A stretch of 64,000 bases of DNA from a virus, in the IMG/VR virus record IMGVR_UViG_3300042519_001698; one strand, 5' to 3'. Positions 39,702-49,885 of the stretch are shown one piece after another. The notes below the pieces were generated by a model that was given only the letters and a program-made list of their open reading frames with translations, was not told the origin of the DNA and searched no databases. How positions within the stretch are numbered: position 1 is the first letter of the stretch; the number at the start of each line of letters is the position of its first letter. The translations under genes were made by a program, and so were the position numbers.

Positions 39702-39788
39702 TGTGAAAATTGTTGTTTTATTATCTTATAAATAGTATGAAATATTGAAAAATTCTTTTTTCCGATATAAACAGACTAATAAAATTGA

Positions 39789-40472
39789 CTATTTGGATAA
39801 AAATTTATCCAATCCACCCATTAATTTTTTCATTCTATCATCCAACATAGGTTTTTCTTGAACCTCTTCTTGGAACTGATCTCTTTCTGATGGGTCGTGG
39901 AAAACGTAAGCACCGGGTGTAGATGGAGATGATACTAAATCAAAACATACCAATTCAAAATCATCTTGAACTATATTTTGACCTTTAACATTTTTGAGTG
40001 AACCAACTCCACGAGATGATATACCCAATGTTGCACCATTCATGATTAACATTGCGGCTTGATCCCCCTTAGTTGATACAATACCCATTTTTCTCCAACC
40101 CGGAGATGTAAATAATTTGATTTTTCCCATTAACATTCTACCATCCCACCAAGTTTCAAGAATAGAGTGTGAAACTCGGTCTAAATCAATAAGGGACGAT
40201 GATGGGTGATTTAATTCATTTAACGCACCACCTTTTTTAATAAGTTGTTGGTATTTTTGATCTTCTCTTTTTAAAATTGACTCAGGATAGATTCTACCGT
40301 TCTTATTTGGGGTATCGTATTTTTGTAAAACAGCAAAAAGAATCAAGTCTTCTGAGAAGTCAAGATTCTTCATTTCTGAAATAACTTTTTTGTTGTCGTC
40401 AGGGGAAACATGACCAGCGTCATATTCGATTAAAATTCCTTTCCCCGTCTCGTTTGGTCCTAATATCTTCAT
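39789..40472 (-). CDS. gp21: Prohead maturation protease (T4 gp21-like)
   Basis: NKNGRIYP, ELNHP, GISSRGVGS, FDLVSSPS. Confidence 0.93.
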   Translation of the reverse strand: MKILGPNETGKGILIEYDAGHVSPDDNKKVISEMKNLDFSEDLILFAVLQKYDTPNKNGRIYPESILKREDQKYQQLIKKGGALNELNHPSSSLIDLDRVSHSILETWWDGRMLMGKIKLFTSPGWRKMGIVSTKGDQAAMLIMNGATLGISSRGVGSLKNVKGQNIVQDDFELVCFDLVSSPSTPGAYVFHDPSERDQFQEEVQEKPMLDDRMKKLMGGLDKFLSK

Positions 40473-40511
40473 TTATGGATTTATTCTCCTATAAATACAT
40501 CGATAAGTGAG

Positions 40512-40940
40512 TTATTTTTTAGATTTGTTAAAATTAAAGAGTTTTTTATCGTTTAAACCCTCGTCAATTATACTTTCTAATATATTTTTTATTGAATTTT
40601 TAATGTCTTTAGTTTTGATATCGAATTGTTTGTTAACATATAATGTTATTTCTAAATTCATAAAAGACCTCTTTTCCAATTGTATTCCCTTAGTTCTTAT
40701 ATCTAAATCAACAATAGATTGTTCTTTAAATAATGGATCTTTAAGTCCACTTACAATTTGTTTTAACCTTCTTCTTGATTTATTAATTGTAAAATCAAAA
40801 TCATCAGTTTCGTTTTGTGGTTGTATCCACGAGTTTAGTTTTAAATAAATGGTTTTTAGATTTTTAAAATCCACGGTTCCATATCCGATTTTTACGTTGT
40901 TGTACGTCCCCAAAGGGATGTACTTACCAATTTTCATCAA
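40512..40940 (-). CDS. Hypothetical protein in the head module
   Basis: 142-aa ORF. Confidence 0.75.
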   Translation of the reverse strand: MMKIGKYIPLGTYNNVKIGYGTVDFKNLKTIYLKLNSWIQPQNETDDFDFTINKSRRRLKQIVSGLKDPLFKEQSIVDLDIRTKGIQLEKRSFMNLEITLYVNKQFDIKTKDIKNSIKNILESIIDEGLNDKKLFNFNKSKK

Positions 40941-41044
40941 TTTTTCATGTTATATATTTTTATTATGGTGTTATTTAAAATATAACAAAAAAATACTTAA
41001 AAAACAAAAATATTTTTTATATATTTGTAATATACTTATATACT

Positions 41045-41236
41045 ATGATTATAATTGATTTATCAAAAGAAAGGAATCTTGAAAGTGCTTTGAGAACTTA
41101 TAAAAGTAAAGTTCAAAAAACAAAACAAGTTCAAAAATTAAGGGCCAGAGAACAATTTGTCAAACCTTCTGTAGTTAGAAGGAAACAGATGTTAAAAGCG
41201 AAGTATGTACAACAAATGAAAAATGGTCTTAGTTAA
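41045..41236 (+). CDS. rpsU: Ribosomal protein bS21
   Basis: NLESALRTYKSKV...LRAREQFVKPSVVRRKQMLKAKY; 63 aa, Bacteroidia-type. Confidence 0.92.
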   Translation: MIIIDLSKERNLESALRTYKSKVQKTKQVQKLRAREQFVKPSVVRRKQMLKAKYVQQMKNGLS

Positions 41237-41975
41237 GACCATTTTTTAGTTCTGTTAATCTGTAGTAGTTGTATTTTGATGGTGACATTCCACTCACCTC
41301 TTTTTTTACATTATCTAATTTAATCTTTAATTCATTATCACTCGACTCAATTAATAAAGAATCAACTTTACTTAGAATTGATTCCGCTAATTCATTTGAT
41401 TTGGTGATTAAATCATCATTAGAAATTGATAAAATATTTTTCAATTCTTCTTTCTGTGATTCTGATAATGTATTAGAAAATAATACGTTAAAGTTGTTTG
41501 CTAAAACCGCGTTTAATAATGTTTCATTAGGTACTAAAGATGTTTCTTTCGATTCGGTAATTTCTTTCTTAGTTGTTAAATGTTCAACTAATTTCTTTTT
41601 AGCTATAACTTTCTTTTCAATATTTGATAATGAATCTTTTTCAGATAACATATCTAAACACTCGTATAGTTCATTGGTGTTGATTTCAACGTCACCTAAT
41701 TTATTATGTAGAGATTCACAAAACACATTTAAATCATTCCAATTACCTATTGGTTGACCAAAATATGTATTTAATCCTTCGACATATAATTTCGCGGTCT
41801 CTTTATCGTCAATGTATTTATTTTCTATTTCTTCATAAAACAAATACATTTCTTTAAATTCTTTGTTTTCTTTAATTTCTTTTAAGATACTTTTTATCTC
41901 ACTTTTATTTTCATTCGCGTAAGATTCTGTTAATTTATTTAACATTTTAGTCTTAATAATACCAAATTTGTTCAT
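41229..41975 (-). CDS. Hypothetical helical protein downstream of portal (possible core protein)
   Basis: 248 aa, coupled to the portal gene. Confidence 0.7.
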   Translation of the reverse strand: MNKFGIIKTKMLNKLTESYANENKSEIKSILKEIKENKEFKEMYLFYEEIENKYIDDKETAKLYVEGLNTYFGQPIGNWNDLNVFCESLHNKLGDVEINTNELYECLDMLSEKDSLSNIEKKVIAKKKLVEHLTTKKEITESKETSLVPNETLLNAVLANNFNVLFSNTLSESQKEELKNILSISNDDLITKSNELAESILSKVDSLLIESSDNELKIKLDNVKKEVSGMSPSKYNYYRLTELKNGLN

Positions 41976-41977
41976 TG

Positions 41978-43816
41978 TTAGTCGTTTAAAATTTCATTTA
42001 ATTTATCTTCCATTTCATAAATATTCTGTTGTGCCTTATCCATATCAAATAAATCAGTAAATTTCATTTCTTCTTCACCTAACATACCTAATATTTTAGA
42101 TTTTTTAGATTTTGCTTTAAATGATTCACTTAATGGACCTTCTCCACCGGCTGGCGGTGCTGCCGCTGGTGCACCTCCACCACCCATATCCATTCCACCA
42201 CCCATATCACCACCAGGTGCTTCACCCGATGCACCCGCGGCTTCTAATTTAGCTCTTTCTTCTTCAGATATACCATACTTTCTATCCACATCATCAAATA
42301 TACCTGAACGTTTAATAACATTCTGTGTGTTTGTTAATTCAAAACCAATTGCTCTTTCAAGACGTTGTTGTTGTAAATCAAGAATCACTTCATTCTCACT
42401 AAATCCAAGAATATTCTTTTTAGCCCAAGTATGTGATACTGGTAAAATACCAACTTGAGATTGGTCAGATGTTGCATCTTTGTAAAGAGTAACTTTTTCT
42501 TTCCATTGTTCAATCTTTAATAAATCAGATTGTGCGGAAGGGTTAGTTAACGACAATTCAAAATTGTTTAACTCATCTTCCATACCTAAAAGGTATAGGT
42601 GAATTAATGCAACTTTATTAAGTTCTTGTATTAATGATTTTTGAATTTTATTAATTGTTCTTGCAAAACGAATATCCATTAATGCAAGATTCTTTCCATC
42701 ACCAACCACCTCTTCAAATCCTAAGAACGCTTTTGGAATACGTAATGCCGCCAATAATTTCTTTTGTATGTATTCAATATCTGCAATCTCACCTAAATTT
42801 TGTGCTCCAGGTAATGTTTCAATTGGCATTGTTTGTGATGCGTCGCGTACGGGTACAAAATAATCTTGGTCCACAGCCATTTGATTATATCTCATATCTA
42901 CTTGACCATTACGAGGATCAGATACAGGTTGACGTTTGAATTTATTTGCAACCTTTTGTACATATGGTTCAATATCCTTATCATCCATATTACCAACAAA
43001 CACTTTGAATACACGTCTTTCAGGTGCTCTTGATGTTCTATAAATTAACATCGCATCTTCGGCAAGTAAAAGTTGTTTCCATATACGTCTAATCTTATCT
43101 AACATAGAAGTACCATATGGTAACTTTCTATCATCACCTAAAATTCTAAAGTGAGCGACTTCCCACGCTTGGAATTCCATATCCTTATTTTTCCATTGGA
43201 AACGTAATTCTCTAATTGGTAATTTAATATCTTTTTGTGTTGGTGTTTTACTTGACGCACCTTCCACTCTTTCTATTTCAATATTTGGTAATTGTTGTAC
43301 TCCAACAATTCCTTTCTCAGGGTTAATTTTTAAATAAACAAAATTGTCACCATACTTACAAACACCTCTAGCCCACATTTGTAGGTTAGTATTAATGTCC
43401 ATTTTATTATGAAATAAATCTTCAAGTATTCCTTTAATTCTTTCTGATTCGGAATATATTGTTAATATATCTCCCTTTTCAGACATAGTTGTAGATTCTT
43501 CAGAATAGATATCTAAAGCTGCAGAAATCTCAGGTGTAAATTCCATTGATTCATAATCATAGTATGCCGCTAATCTATTCGGTTCATAGTAAATTGATTG
43601 ATTATAAAGATTTTGGTCTAACTTGGCCCATTTATCGGCAACGTATTGACTTTGTTGTGCCTGTAATAAAGCCTTTTCAAAATCTTCTTTACTATCTGTT
43701 TTTAATAATTCGTCTTTATTGAAATTAAATGAAGGTGTGTTATCCTGTTTTGTTTGACCAGGATAACCAAACATTCTAGTAAGTTTCTGAAAGACGGTTG
43801 TGGTTTGATCTGCCAT
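41978..43816 (-). CDS. gp20: Portal protein (T4 gp20-like)
   Basis: PEISAALD, LLAEDAMLIYRTSRAPERRVFKVFVGNM, IETLPGAQNLGEIADIEY. Confidence 0.96.
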   Translation of the reverse strand: MADQTTTVFQKLTRMFGYPGQTKQDNTPSFNFNKDELLKTDSKEDFEKALLQAQQSQYVADKWAKLDQNLYNQSIYYEPNRLAAYYDYESMEFTPEISAALDIYSEESTTMSEKGDILTIYSESERIKGILEDLFHNKMDINTNLQMWARGVCKYGDNFVYLKINPEKGIVGVQQLPNIEIERVEGASSKTPTQKDIKLPIRELRFQWKNKDMEFQAWEVAHFRILGDDRKLPYGTSMLDKIRRIWKQLLLAEDAMLIYRTSRAPERRVFKVFVGNMDDKDIEPYVQKVANKFKRQPVSDPRNGQVDMRYNQMAVDQDYFVPVRDASQTMPIETLPGAQNLGEIADIEYIQKKLLAALRIPKAFLGFEEVVGDGKNLALMDIRFARTINKIQKSLIQELNKVALIHLYLLGMEDELNNFELSLTNPSAQSDLLKIEQWKEKVTLYKDATSDQSQVGILPVSHTWAKKNILGFSENEVILDLQQQRLERAIGFELTNTQNVIKRSGIFDDVDRKYGISEEERAKLEAAGASGEAPGGDMGGGMDMGGGGAPAAAPPAGGEGPLSESFKAKSKKSKILGMLGEEEMKFTDLFDMDKAQQNIYEMEDKLNEILND

Positions 43817-43870
43817 GTATATAAATACTTTTCTTTATAATATAAACTTATTATTTAACAAATGGAAGTA

Positions 43871-45646
43871 TTATTTACGTCCACCAAACAACCATGAGTT
43901 CTCCCTATAAGCATCTTTGGATACGTTATTTGGATTATTTCCGTGATAAATTTGGTCATTATCCATACCCATTGAACCAATTTGGTCGAAAGATGTACCA
44001 TAAGAATAAAATGTTTTATTTGGTTCATATGTTCTTTCGGATAAAACCCACGATTCAATCATTGCTTTATTTTTCGAATCATTCTTTTGTAACTGATTGA
44101 AACACATATCACCAGCATAAAGAGCCATGGACATACTCATAATCGCATCGTCGTGAGCTCCTTTCATGTGGTCAGGTCTTCCGTTCATATAAACAAACGT
44201 ATTAAGTTCATTCAATAACCTACTTGACCTAACACCAAACCCTTTTCTTAATTGTTCTTCAAATGCAGCAACAATTTGAGTTCTTTTATTATTGAAATTA
44301 AGTCCCGGTATTTTCTCCATCGCCTTAGCGTTATAGTCCCAAATGTTTTGAGTGTTAACACCTTCAATATATAAATTTTTATAATTTAATTCTTGTAACT
44401 TTCTTGATGTTGCAACACCCATTCCACCTGTAATATCAATTACTATGAAACAATCATATAAAACACCCCATTTATAAGCAATTGAAGCCAAATCATCAGG
44501 AGGTATTTTACCAATATATTCAACCACTTGTTCTCTATCGTCAAAATCAATAATTGATATCGCTGAGAAATCTTCACTATCACCTCTACTAACATCGACC
44601 CCCATAATATATCTATGTCCTTGAATTGGTTCTTTCCATTGCCAAAAGGTACCTTGCATGTATTTCTCTTTAGGGATTCTAATCATATTCTTGGCAATAT
44701 TCTCTTGAATATCTCCCGGTATAACACCGTCACCCGAACCTAAAAAGTCACATTCCAATTCCTGAGCAATCTTACGTCTATCGTATTTGAATTTTTTAGA
44801 CATAGATTCAAACCAAGATGAAAATGGTTTATAACCTTGTTCTTCTAAATCGTGATAATTTTTCATATCAAATTCACGAAGAACAACTTCATCATCATTA
44901 TATTGTTCTCTATTTAACATGTAATGACATATATCTTGACACTTAACCCAATGTAAGTCTTTGGTATAACGAGGGTCTTTAAACCATCTTAAATCGGTTA
45001 TATGGAAGTCATTGATTCCACGTAACGCTTGGTCATAAACACCGTAATATATGGGGTCATAACCATTTGGTGTGGAGATAAGAATAATCTTACCACCCGT
45101 TGATAGAGACGCCATAGATGCCGCCCAAAAATCCTCACCCGCCTCAATATATGCCGCCTCATCAAATACAAGTACCGTTGGTGTAAAACCACGAAGTGCA
45201 TCCGCCGAAGTCGCTACCGCCTTTACCTCTGAACCGTTATTTAATCTAAATCTACTTTCTGAGTTTTTATCGGGTGAAAACCCAACATTTATCCATTCAG
45301 GCCATTGGTCTAAGAAATGTCTAATTTTATTAGCCATTTCCACCGCTGTGTCTTTCTTGTTTGCGATAATCAAAACCCTTTCTGGATTTTCAGGTTTTGC
45401 TAATTGTAATATTTTAGATAACCAAGCGGCCGTTACAGTTGTAACACCAGCCTGTCTATATTTTTTTGTGATATTTTCATTATAATCCTCATAATCCCGA
45501 ACCAATTGTAATTGGTCAGGAAATAAATCCATAGGAACGAATTTCTTTTGAGTGTTATCGTAAGTTTGAAGATAGGTTCTTAGTGCATAAGGAGTATCTT
45601 TTATGATTCGAGCATACTCTTTAATTTGTTCTATTTTACTATTCAT
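43871..45646 (-). CDS. gp17: Terminase large subunit (T4 gp17-like)
   Basis: KYRQAGVTT, VFDEAAYI, ISTPNG, QELECDF, GVDVSRG, HDDAIM. Confidence 0.95.
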   Translation of the reverse strand: MNSKIEQIKEYARIIKDTPYALRTYLQTYDNTQKKFVPMDLFPDQLQLVRDYEDYNENITKKYRQAGVTTVTAAWLSKILQLAKPENPERVLIIANKKDTAVEMANKIRHFLDQWPEWINVGFSPDKNSESRFRLNNGSEVKAVATSADALRGFTPTVLVFDEAAYIEAGEDFWAASMASLSTGGKIILISTPNGYDPIYYGVYDQALRGINDFHITDLRWFKDPRYTKDLHWVKCQDICHYMLNREQYNDDEVVLREFDMKNYHDLEEQGYKPFSSWFESMSKKFKYDRRKIAQELECDFLGSGDGVIPGDIQENIAKNMIRIPKEKYMQGTFWQWKEPIQGHRYIMGVDVSRGDSEDFSAISIIDFDDREQVVEYIGKIPPDDLASIAYKWGVLYDCFIVIDITGGMGVATSRKLQELNYKNLYIEGVNTQNIWDYNAKAMEKIPGLNFNNKRTQIVAAFEEQLRKGFGVRSSRLLNELNTFVYMNGRPDHMKGAHDDAIMSMSMALYAGDMCFNQLQKNDSKNKAMIESWVLSERTYEPNKTFYSYGTSFDQIGSMGMDNDQIYHGNNPNNVSKDAYRENSWLFGGRK

Positions 45647-45658
45647 ATATATAAATAC

Positions 45659-45684
45659 AAAAAAAGGTGGTATAAACCACCTTT
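45659..45684 (-). terminator. Intrinsic terminator
   Basis: AAAGGUGG-UUUAUA-CCACCUUU followed by a U-tract. Confidence 0.75.
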
Positions 45685-45694
45685 GTATTATCTT

Positions 45695-47071
45695 TTAACG
45701 AGGAACTACTTCTCCTCCGTCATCATCGTCCTCTTCATTATCATCCGATAAGTCAATTCCTAAACTATTAAAAAAGTTTTTAAAATCATCTTCTTCAGTT
45801 TCTGATTCAATTGTTTCTAATTCATCATTAAATTGAGCCATAGTCTCTTCGTAATTTTGGTCATTTAATGTTTGATTAATTGCGTTAACTATTTGTTGTA
45901 ATAATCTCTTACCCGTTTCTGAACCTGAAATAACCTCTTTCATTAAAGTTAAAAATCTTCTAGCTGGTAATTTGAAAATTTCAACTAATAGATAATTTTG
46001 AATTTCTACTTTATTTTCATCAGTTAAAATATCTTCTGGAAATTGATTTCTAATTCTGTCCCATATTGCAGGTCCTAATCTTAAATCCCACATTTCCTTT
46101 TCCAAAGTATCTTCATGTTGCATCACTTGTTGGAATAAGTCTTTATCTTCAGGTTCACCTTGATGTGAAAATAATTCCATCATTCCTTTAATTAATTCGT
46201 GAACTAATATTGGAAAATTAATTGCTCTTGCTTTAATTGTTGGTGGATCTGTATCTCTTTCAACCTCTTCACTACCCCCAACGGCACCAGCAGCACCACC
46301 CATCATCATTTGCATCATATCATCACTTAATTGCCAATATAGTGTGTCGTTAATTGACATCAATACACCATATTGATTTATAAGTTCTTGTGACCCTGTA
46401 ATTTGTTGTATTTTCTGAGGTACTAATTGGTACATGTAATGTCCTTTTTTAGATGACCCCTGAACCATACTATTAATCAATCTTCTTTTTGCTCTTTCTA
46501 AATCTAAAGTTTCCAAATCTTGCATCAAATTTTGTTCAATGTTAAATTCTTCCTCTTGGTCTTCAGTTTCAACTTCTTCAGGATTTTCTTGGTTTCCATC
46601 TTCTCTGTTAAAATCAGACATATCAACCTCACCCATACCAATTATTTTAGCGTCAAATTGAACTGAACCTTCAGGTATACCCATCTCTTTCATTACCAAT
46701 TCAATTGCTAATTGTTCCAATTGTCCTCTGTGTTCTCTTTCTGTTTGGACAATAGAATTGTGAGCATCCATCATCATTTGTGATAATTGACCGATACTAC
46801 CTCTTTCACCAACCATTGGTGCTTCAACACCAGTGTATTGTCTAACTTTATTTATTACTTGTTTATACCTTTCAGATGCTAATAATTCTTGAAAATTACT
46901 ATTTGGTTCGTTACCTGTTTTAGGTAAAGGAACTTTCTTTATAGGTGTATCTCCACTAGCAAGTTTATTTTGTATATCTTGGTGTGGTCTATCTTGGGTA
47001 TCAAAATCCATTGGCATCTCATTCAAGTTTTCTTGAATCAAATATAATAAATTTTTCTTAGATAATTTCAT
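45695..47071 (-). CDS. Hypothetical late protein with LIQENLNE leader and HELxKG motif
   Basis: 458 aa; ARAINFPILVHELIKGMMELF. Confidence 0.75.
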   Translation of the reverse strand: MKLSKKNLLYLIQENLNEMPMDFDTQDRPHQDIQNKLASGDTPIKKVPLPKTGNEPNSNFQELLASERYKQVINKVRQYTGVEAPMVGERGSIGQLSQMMMDAHNSIVQTEREHRGQLEQLAIELVMKEMGIPEGSVQFDAKIIGMGEVDMSDFNREDGNQENPEEVETEDQEEEFNIEQNLMQDLETLDLERAKRRLINSMVQGSSKKGHYMYQLVPQKIQQITGSQELINQYGVLMSINDTLYWQLSDDMMQMMMGGAAGAVGGSEEVERDTDPPTIKARAINFPILVHELIKGMMELFSHQGEPEDKDLFQQVMQHEDTLEKEMWDLRLGPAIWDRIRNQFPEDILTDENKVEIQNYLLVEIFKLPARRFLTLMKEVISGSETGKRLLQQIVNAINQTLNDQNYEETMAQFNDELETIESETEEDDFKNFFNSLGIDLSDDNEEDDDDGGEVVPR

Positions 47072-47091
47072 ATTTTCTGGAATATTTTAAA

Positions 47092-48333
47092 TTAAGCCAT
47101 TTCAGGTACTTCAGCCGCAACTTCCGCTTGATTTGCTTGCATTGCTGAAACCATAGATTTAGTTAATGAATTGTGAACATCTTCACCAAATCTGTCTTTT
47201 ATTTCATTTTCATCTCTTAAATCGATAAAGTTACCTCTTACCATAAAACCTAAAACATTATCTAAATTGATAGTTCTCCAAGCTTTTTTTGCCGATAATT
47301 CTTTATCTCCTGTTTCTCTTAATGATTTATTATAAGCATTTAAATCAATAACTCTTTTAACATCGTGAGTTTGATTTATCGCCATTTGTTTTTCTGTTCT
47401 TTCTTTTTCACTTGGAACGTAAGAAGACAAATATCTTTTAACTAACATATGTCTTACTGTACCATCATTTTTAACATAAGCAACACTTACATTAACATTT
47501 TTAGCCAACGCCTTTCTGAATTCCTCAAATCTTGGTGAATTCTTCAATTCTTCATGGTCTAATTCCATGATATCGTCTTCATTTAAACCTAAAGCTTTAG
47601 GTTTGTGTTTTGGACCGATACCTGGTTGGTATGGAGTTTGTGGTTTTGGTTTACCTGGCTTTGTACCTGGCTTAGTTGTTGGTGATGGTTTTGTTGGTGC
47701 AACTGCAGGTCCCGAAGCTGTTATTGCTTCATAACTCATAAACTCAGGAACATTATTATGTCCCTTCTTTACGTTTGGACCATGTTGTATTTCAGATTCA
47801 TTTAACTTAATGTTAATTAATTCCATAATTTCATTTTTTGATGTAAAATTATGAAAATTTCCTTCAGCTAACGAATTAACCCATTCTTTTACTTCTGATG
47901 GTTTTTTTACTTCTTGATTTCCTCTTGATTCATGGCGTTTTCCTTCTTTATCGATTGAATACCCACCTTTCATTCTAGGCTCATTTTTTAATTCTTCACC
48001 ATCCGCATTAAAATGTTTCCAATCTTTTCTAGAAATTTTAGGTCCTTGTTTGTAATCTGCCTCTTTTGATTCTATTTTCTTACCCTCACTACTTTGAACT
48101 TTAACAGCTCCCTTCTTTTGTGCCGCAGCTAAACCTGCTGGATTACTTATTAATGAATTCAAGGCATTTACGTCATTTTGATCTTTGGCGTTATATACGG
48201 TTGCAACTTGTGTTGTAACTTCTGACACCACTCTTTCAAATAATTGTGAAAGTTGATTATCACTAAATTTAACCAATGTTTTTTCAGAAAACCCTTCTTT
48301 AATAAGTTTTTCTACAATGACATTTCTTTTCAT
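47092..48333 (-). CDS. Modular protein with C-terminal WYL_2/SH3-like domain
   Basis: VSVAYVKNDGTVRHM...DLNAY...WRTINLDNV. Confidence 0.65.
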   Translation of the reverse strand: MKRNVIVEKLIKEGFSEKTLVKFSDNQLSQLFERVVSEVTTQVATVYNAKDQNDVNALNSLISNPAGLAAAQKKGAVKVQSSEGKKIESKEADYKQGPKISRKDWKHFNADGEELKNEPRMKGGYSIDKEGKRHESRGNQEVKKPSEVKEWVNSLAEGNFHNFTSKNEIMELINIKLNESEIQHGPNVKKGHNNVPEFMSYEAITASGPAVAPTKPSPTTKPGTKPGKPKPQTPYQPGIGPKHKPKALGLNEDDIMELDHEELKNSPRFEEFRKALAKNVNVSVAYVKNDGTVRHMLVKRYLSSYVPSEKERTEKQMAINQTHDVKRVIDLNAYNKSLRETGDKELSAKKAWRTINLDNVLGFMVRGNFIDLRDENEIKDRFGEDVHNSLTKSMVSAMQANQAEVAAEVPEMA

Positions 48334-48731
48334 ATGTTCTTGAATTTAATTTCTTCTTTAATTAACGGATAACTTCTTTGTTTAAGTTTTTTAGTAACGG
48401 ATTCTATTGACTCTCCAAATTTAAATGTTAATCTATCCACCTCAACATTTATGTCAAATTTTTCCCACGCTAACGATATTACACCATCCACAGCATCAAT
48501 AACTCCGAAATAATCGGAGTCTTGAACTAAATCTAATTGTAAATCTGTGTTCTTTAAAAGTCCCACCAAATCAACATATTCAACTGAAGGTGATTTTGGT
48601 AACGTTGTAGCAGCTGCGGGTATTATAAACCATTCATCCATGTCAATTTCATATGATTCACTAAAAACAAATTCATATTGTTTCTGACCTTTGTAATCGG
48701 AACCGATTTCATTGACATAGATAAGATGCAT
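48330..48731 (-). CDS. Hypothetical protein
   Basis: 133-aa ORF in the operon. Confidence 0.75.
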   Translation of the reverse strand: MHLIYVNEIGSDYKGQKQYEFVFSESYEIDMDEWFIIPAAATTLPKSPSVEYVDLVGLLKNTDLQLDLVQDSDYFGVIDAVDGVISLAWEKFDINVEVDRLTFKFGESIESVTKKLKQRSYPLIKEEIKFKNI

Positions 48732-48735
48732 TTTA

Positions 48736-49815
48736 TTATTTAAAATATTTACTCAATGTTTCACTAACCGCTTGGCTAATGTTATGTTTCATTTCTTCTA
48801 AATCAAGTTCTTTTTCTTCGTCAACATTCCCCATTTCTAAATCAGCGTGATCACCAAAATTGTGAACTCCACCATGATTTTCATCGGTGTTACCCTTTCC
48901 TGTTGATGTGTAAGATGATAAATCAACTTCATCATTTTGAACCGGACTATTAATAAATTCCTCTAATTTCTCCATGGCTTGGTCACCTTCACTCATTTCT
49001 TCATCAGGTACCTCTTCAGATGATGGTTCTTCGTCAGATGGGTTATTTAAAGAATCTCCATCTTCCTCTTCCTCACGTTCAAATTTCTTACCTATTTCTT
49101 CAATATCGTCATCATCTAATTTATCTAAATCAACCGCCGAAATAACCATATTCAAAACATATTTGATATCGTCACTTTCCATCTTATCGTGTAAATCTCT
49201 CAACTCTTGACCTAATTTACCCGCATATTTTTGAACTTCAGTCATATAATCTGAACGCTTTGATTCACCATTCTCATCTTTTTCTTCACCACCCATGTCG
49301 GATGTTGGAGCGTCTGATGGTGGCATATCTGAAGCTGGTTCCTCAGCTGGTGGGTTATCCAAAGAACCCATATCATCACTTGGAGGAGGGGTATCTGTTG
49401 GGGAGTCCATAGATGGTGCCGGCATTGGTGCTTCCGCTGGAGCAGGTGCTGGTGCAACATCCTGAGGTTTGTTTTGTTTTAAAACATATTTTGTTGCCTC
49501 ATTCAATTCTTCCTGACCTTGTAATAAGTTCAGTCTTTTAGCTGCCTCAGCATATGATGAAAATTTATTTTTATTTTTCATGAACATTCCACCGATGTAA
49601 TCAAGTGATGATTCATTTAATCCTCTCTTTACATAGTATCCGTCTCTTTCTTTGACGATACCATAAACACCACCATTGGTTGATTCTTTAACCAACTCGG
49701 CTTTGTTTGTATTGGATTTTTTATTTTTTTCGTTGTAGTACGTAAGTTCAAGGATTCTTTTTAGTTTCTCGTCACCTTGTAACTTTTCACTACCTAGAGG
49801 TTTTATTTCTGCCAT
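48736..49815 (-). CDS. Acidic hypothetical protein (putative internal head protein)
   Basis: 359 aa; low-complexity P/A/D segments; TATTTATA upstream. Confidence 0.7.
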   Translation of the reverse strand: MAEIKPLGSEKLQGDEKLKRILELTYYNEKNKKSNTNKAELVKESTNGGVYGIVKERDGYYVKRGLNESSLDYIGGMFMKNKNKFSSYAEAAKRLNLLQGQEELNEATKYVLKQNKPQDVAPAPAPAEAPMPAPSMDSPTDTPPPSDDMGSLDNPPAEEPASDMPPSDAPTSDMGGEEKDENGESKRSDYMTEVQKYAGKLGQELRDLHDKMESDDIKYVLNMVISAVDLDKLDDDDIEEIGKKFEREEEEDGDSLNNPSDEEPSSEEVPDEEMSEGDQAMEKLEEFINSPVQNDEVDLSSYTSTGKGNTDENHGGVHNFGDHADLEMGNVDEEKELDLEEMKHNISQAVSETLSKYFK

Positions 49816-49885
49816 TGTTTTGATATTAAGATAAACTTATTCTTATCCTATAAATACATAGATATAGGGAAAAAAATAAGGTTCT

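Noticed and set aside
9800-45646. Inteins or group I introns in the polymerase or TerL
   Set aside because: Normal lengths, contiguous motifs, no splicing or homing-endonuclease signatures
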